Source of the DNA: Planctomycetota bacterium
GTDB taxonomy: Bacteria > Planctomycetota > GCA-002687715 > DRQF01
DNA length: 64,000 bases
Assembly: GCA_036479435.1 (NCBI GenBank)
Contig: JAZGFI010000206.1
Location: 14,297-78,296, forward strand
Direction of reading: 5' to 3'
The position numbers were made by a program, and so were the translations under genes. Of this stretch, positions 60,090 to 64,000 are shown one piece after another. The notes below the pieces were generated by a model. That model worked only from the letters and a program-made list of their open reading frames with translations, ran no database searches and had not been told where the DNA came from. Each line of letters begins with the position of its first letter. The stretch's first letter is position 1.

Positions 60090-61112
60090 TCATGACCACA
60101 AGCCCTGTGCGAGGTAGTACCAGTACGCTGCCGTTTCTCTGACGAGGAGGGAACCACGTCGAGGCAAAGGCCTTTCCGTTTCGGCGGGAACGGTCAAGAC
60201 ATCAATCCCCGACAAGCGCGCCGCAAGCCAGATGCGCGGCAGATGAAAGTCATGGCTCACGTACAGGACCCGACCATCGACCTTGAGCGCTTGCACAAAA
60301 TCAATCGTGGCACGAGTGTTCAATCCCTTGCGATCCAAAACGATATGGCGAGGATCGACGCCCAACTCGATCGCCAGATTCTGCATCGATTCCGTCTCGT
60401 GGATATCACCATCTCCGGGGCCACCGGAGAAGATGAGCTGGCTTGCGAGCCCATCGTGATAAAGGCGACAGGCCGTCTTGACGCGATCTCCAAGCGCACG
60501 CGATGGTTTCCCATCAGCGTAGGTGCGAGCCCCCAAGACCACGATCGCCGCCGCTGGCCGCCGGTAGTCCGTCTGGCCCAAGGTTTGAATCTGGAGCCAA
60601 GGAAACGAAGCTGCGAACAGGCTAGCCACGACTACCGAAGCCAGGCCAACCCGTTTTCCTTTGAGGGGACGGTTCAAAGCTGAGATCCCGATCAACACCA
60701 TCGAGCCCACGATCAGCAGGCTTAGCGGCAATGCGGAACTTTGAATGCGCCCCGCTTCCTGCAATCCCATCACCACCCAGGAATTCTCAAGGGCGACCAG
60801 CCCAATCGCACCGGCGACCACGAAGACCATCGTCCGACGAAAACGCGACCCGACCGACCCGATCCCGTGCATGAAAAACACCAGGGCTACCGGGGGCAAA
60901 AACCAAGATCCCATCCACGGGATTCGGCGAAGATCGATCCACAACAAATCGAGCCCCTCAATGCCGCGAAGCCCCGCGACAAAGCCAATGACCGCCAACA
61001 CGCCGAAGAAAACAGCCGCCCCACGACCTATCGCAGCCAACAGGAACCCGAACTTATTGATCAATGCCATCACATGCTCCCCCACAACCGCGGTCCATGA
61101 TACCAGGGCCAA
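60090..61112 (-). CDS. YdcF/ElyC/SanA (DUF218) family membrane protein
   Basis: Several TMs then AIVVLGA..PS.AL.DR..LIFSGG..E..M..GV..G.NT..VSHDFHLPR..RE. Confidence 0.9.
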   Translation of the reverse strand: MALVSWTAVVGEHVMALINKFGFLLAAIGRGAAVFFGVLAVIGFVAGLRGIEGLDLLWIDLRRIPWMGSWFLPPVALVFFMHGIGSVGSRFRRTMVFVVAGAIGLVALENSWVVMGLQEAGRIQSSALPLSLLIVGSMVLIGISALNRPLKGKRVGLASVVVASLFAASFPWLQIQTLGQTDYRRPAAAIVVLGARTYADGKPSRALGDRVKTACRLYHDGLASQLIFSGGPGDGDIHETESMQNLAIELGVDPRHIVLDRKGLNTRATIDFVQALKVDGRVLYVSHDFHLPRIWLAARLSGIDVLTVPAETERPLPRRGSLLVRETAAYWYYLAQGLWS

Positions 61113-61180
61113 CAGTTCTCCGCCGCGGATTTTAGCGGGGGCATACAGAGCGGACTCCGGCCGGAAGACCCCTCCGCCGG

Positions 61181-61459
61181 CTACTTTCTAGGTGGCGTCA
61201 CGTCGTCGGGGAAGTTGTCGATGGCCTCTTGCCAAATCTTGGAGGCACCGGCTCGAACCGCGAGGCCGATGGCTTCTTGAACCTCCGCGTCGCTCACCCC
61301 GAGTTTTCTCAAGGGCTCAACGCTCCACTTGGCACAGTAGCCGTTGCCCGCCGCCAAATGACTCGCGAGTCTTACCAGATGAAAAGTCCTTTCATCTAAA
61401 TGCCCGGACTCAAACTCAAGCCCTACGATTTCGCTCTTCTTGATCTTAGACATCCTCAT
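61181..61459 (-). CDS. Carboxymuconolactone decarboxylase/AhpD-like small protein
   Basis: LDERTFHLVRLA..AAGNGYC..LRKLGVSDAEVQEAI. Confidence 0.7.
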   Translation of the reverse strand: MRMSKIKKSEIVGLEFESGHLDERTFHLVRLASHLAAGNGYCAKWSVEPLRKLGVSDAEVQEAIGLAVRAGASKIWQEAIDNFPDDVTPPRK

Positions 61460-61564
61460 TCTCCAAGCAGTTTCCCTAGACTTTGCTCAGCTTGCTGTCG
61501 TCGCAGCAAGTAACTGGACGCATTTCGATGTAAGCTATCCGAAATGCTGGCAAGGAGAGATTCG

Positions 61565-63145
61565 GTGACCAAACTGCTGCTAACGATTATGGTGGTCAGC
61601 CTAGGAATGGCTCTTGGGATGCAAGTCGCCGCACAAACCCCGGCCAGCGAAACAAAAAAGGCCGCGTTTGCTGAAAGCGCCGAGGCCTGCATCAAGGACA
61701 TCCAAAAACGCGGCCGACTTTCCGACAAAGCCAGCGCCAAGCGGGACGAACTCAGCCGCAAAATCGACGCCTGGTGCGAGGCCCCCGCCAGCTTGGATGC
61801 GCTTAGGACCTGGGGCACAAAGGCTGGCGACTACCGAGTCCTTTTTTTGCAAGAGCGGAGAAAACGCTGCTACTACGCGGTCGGGTTTTTCGGCGAAGGC
61901 GAACCCGCCCGCACTCGCTTCGCCTTTGAACTGACGACCCTCAAGGGTAGGCGTCTCCACTCGGGAACCTCGAGTCCCTACCTCGTGACCAAGGGAGTGG
62001 TCTTGGTCATGTCCTTTGGCCTGAAGACATCTTTTACTCGGCGGGCGCGCAAGACCTTTGGGGCGGTGATGGCATCGGCCAGTGCAAAGGCCGCAGCAAA
62101 GACGCGCTCTGCTAACACCATCGGGCTTGGCAGCGGAGCTGGAGGCGCTTTTGGTGGTAGAAGCCGTGGCCGAAAACGTTTGTTCAAGGGCCGCGGTAAA
62201 AGAGGCCAAGCCTTCGTCAGCAAAGGCCTCAACTACCTGGCGAAAACTCAACTGAGCAATGGTAGCTGGCCGACTCACTCTCTCGAAGCTTCGCGAATCG
62301 AAGCCACGGCTCAGGTCTTGCTCGCTTTTGTGGGTACGGGAGAAACCACCAAGAGCGGCAAGTTTAAGACCCTGGTGGCAGCTGGCATCACCTGGTTGAT
62401 AAACCAGCAAGAAACCAACGGGAGCCTTGGGGATTCGATCAAAAGTCACGCGATGGCCACGGCAGCTATCGCAGAGGTCTACGCGATCTCAAAAGACGAG
62501 AATTTGGCCGCAGCCTATCGTTTGGCTCTTAGCTACCTCCTCTCCCAACGGCGAGAAAACGGCGGCTGGGGTTCGGCTCCTTTGCCCGTCAAAGGCGATT
62601 CAGTGGCCACAACCTGGGCCGTTATAGCGGCACGTAGTTCCAAGGCGGGCGGAACAAAAATTGATGATGCGGTCTTCAAGGGAGCGTGGCTAGCCTTGGA
62701 TGCGTTGACCGACCCCATCACCGGCCTTACCGGGTTTCGTTCCAAAGGCCGCAGGGCAGCCGTCCCGAGTGGCGAGCCCTCAGTAGCCTGCACCACCGCG
62801 ATGGCCAGTTTTGCCCGTATCCTTTGTGGCGCAAAAAGACACGACAAGACCCTCGGTTTGGCCCGCGAGTTCCTCGCAGAATGCGCGATCGACAAAATCG
62901 ACCACGAAGGCGCCGAGGACTTGTCGTTTTGGCAATTCGGTTCCCTCGTCGCCTATCAGACCGGCGGAGATCACTACACCAAGTTCAACACGAAGATGGA
63001 TCTGGCCTTTCTTGATCACGAAACCAAAGACGGCTCTTGGGCGCGAAGCAACGGCCCCGCCAAAAAACTCGGAGTTCCACAATCCACCGCGATAGCCCTG
63101 CGTTGCTTAGAGATCTACTACCTCTACGGCAGAGTTTGGCGTTAG
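61565..63145 (+). CDS. Secreted prenyltransferase/squalene-cyclase-repeat (alpha/alpha barrel) protein
   Basis: Signal peptide; KGLNYLAKTQLSNGSW, GITWLINQQETNGS, YLLSQRRENGGW; SD AAGGAG. Confidence 0.85.
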   Translation: MTKLLLTIMVVSLGMALGMQVAAQTPASETKKAAFAESAEACIKDIQKRGRLSDKASAKRDELSRKIDAWCEAPASLDALRTWGTKAGDYRVLFLQERRKRCYYAVGFFGEGEPARTRFAFELTTLKGRRLHSGTSSPYLVTKGVVLVMSFGLKTSFTRRARKTFGAVMASASAKAAAKTRSANTIGLGSGAGGAFGGRSRGRKRLFKGRGKRGQAFVSKGLNYLAKTQLSNGSWPTHSLEASRIEATAQVLLAFVGTGETTKSGKFKTLVAAGITWLINQQETNGSLGDSIKSHAMATAAIAEVYAISKDENLAAAYRLALSYLLSQRRENGGWGSAPLPVKGDSVATTWAVIAARSSKAGGTKIDDAVFKGAWLALDALTDPITGLTGFRSKGRRAAVPSGEPSVACTTAMASFARILCGAKRHDKTLGLAREFLAECAIDKIDHEGAEDLSFWQFGSLVAYQTGGDHYTKFNTKMDLAFLDHETKDGSWARSNGPAKKLGVPQSTAIALRCLEIYYLYGRVWR

Positions 63146-63187
63146 GTCTGCGCGCCACGCAAGCAGAGGTGCCTAAGGCTCAGCCGA

Positions 63188-64000
63188 TCATTTCAGCGCC
63201 TTAATGATCACCGGGCCCTGATCGACGCCTTCGAGCTGCCCCTTCAAGCTGCGATCTGGAGAGTAGGCCTTCAGCGTGTAGAGCAGACCTTCTACGAGCG
63301 TCAGTTCGAAGGCGCCGTTTTGGTCGGTGTGGATCCGGTAGTGCTCGTCGCTGCCAACATAGGCCTCAACCACGAACTTCACGGCGGGTTCGCCTCCCTC
63401 AAGGATGACGCGGCCCTTGAGCGTTCGGGCGTCGCGCAGGACCACCGTGATTTCCTGATTTGCTGGCAGCACCTTTTTGCCGATCGAAGAATAGTGCCGG
63501 CCGCCGTCCTCAGCCGACGGGGTCGCCACGACCCGCAGCAAAGTCGATCTGAGCTTGCGAAACACAACCCGGCCGCGGCGGTCCGATTTGAGGGGACCCG
63601 AGTTTTCGCCGGCGAAGGCGTAGACATTGGCGCCCGCCACCGAGTGGCCAGCGGTGTCGACGACATGGACGGTGAGTTCAAGATTGTTGGCCAGCTCCTC
63701 GGCCCGAATCGTTAGGCCACTCGACGGCACCGTGACCCCGTCGAGGCGACCTCGATAGCGGCCCTCGTCAAATCCGAATCTAAGACCTGCCGCTCGCTTT
63801 TTGCGCCGACCGCTTAGAACCAAATCCACGATTTGGCCAGTGGGAAGATCCATCGAGAACAAGCCGTCGTGGCCGGAGAAAACCTGGCGTAGCTCTCCGT
63901 TTGCCAGCTGAGCTCCGACCTCAACTCCTGCGAGGCTCTTCCCCGCGACGTCGACGACGCGACCGGAGATGGGCGTGGTCGCATCCAAGATGATGGCCTG
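63188..64000 (-). CDS. Carboxypeptidase-regulatory-like repeat protein (5' end outside window)
   Basis: ISGRVVDVAGKSLAGVEV, SDRRGRV.F, LKGRVILEGGEP..TDQNGAF; frame open to the window edge. Confidence 0.75.
   Translation of the reverse strand, partial: QAIILDATTPISGRVVDVAGKSLAGVEVGAQLANGELRQVFSGHDGLFSMDLPTGQIVDLVLSGRRKKRAAGLRFGFDEGRYRGRLDGVTVPSSGLTIRAEELANNLELTVHVVDTAGHSVAGANVYAFAGENSGPLKSDRRGRVVFRKLRSTLLRVVATPSAEDGGRHYSSIGKKVLPANQEITVVLRDARTLKGRVILEGGEPAVKFVVEAYVGSDEHYRIHTDQNGAFELTLVEGLLYTLKAYSPDRSLKGQLEGVDQGPVIIKALK

Overview
GC-rich bacterial genomic window. The gene repertoire (CRTAC1/ASPIC-UnbV, DUF1573, prenyltransferase-barrel and carboxypeptidase-regulatory-like proteins, many large secreted proteins, hpnH) suggests an uncultured Planctomycetota; this is inference, not a database result. 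Left part: a soluble Aer-like PAS receptor, an MFS transporter, two tandem paralogous ~830-aa secreted proteins, a CRTAC1+TPR pair, boxR/boxC/boxB (no boxA or CoA ligase in the window), a lamin-tail protein, an AlbA_2/Schlafen-HATPase gene followed by an 11-bp x7 tandem repeat, and hpnH. Middle: M17 and M18 aminopeptidases, EVE, EfpL, GDH, an M64 peptidase, a transglutaminase pseudogene, a Cus-type Cu/Ag efflux operon with two TolC-like genes, a run of small accessory genes, an EcxA-like metalloprotease, GH9 and chrA. Right end: a doubly frameshifted multidomain gene and a toxin-antitoxin cluster (Panacea+RelE-like, then RES+Xre bracketed by a 102-bp duplication of the 3' end of a YdcF-family gene). 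Most notable: the TA mini-island at the YdcF 3' end, a shared C-terminal signature on five secreted proteins (candidate sorting domain), a possible lysyl-oxidase-like fold in the tandem paralogs, and a REP-like repeat family at convergent gene junctions. I saw no rRNA, tRNA, CRISPR array, transposase or integrase. All calls come from reading motifs by eye; no searches were run.
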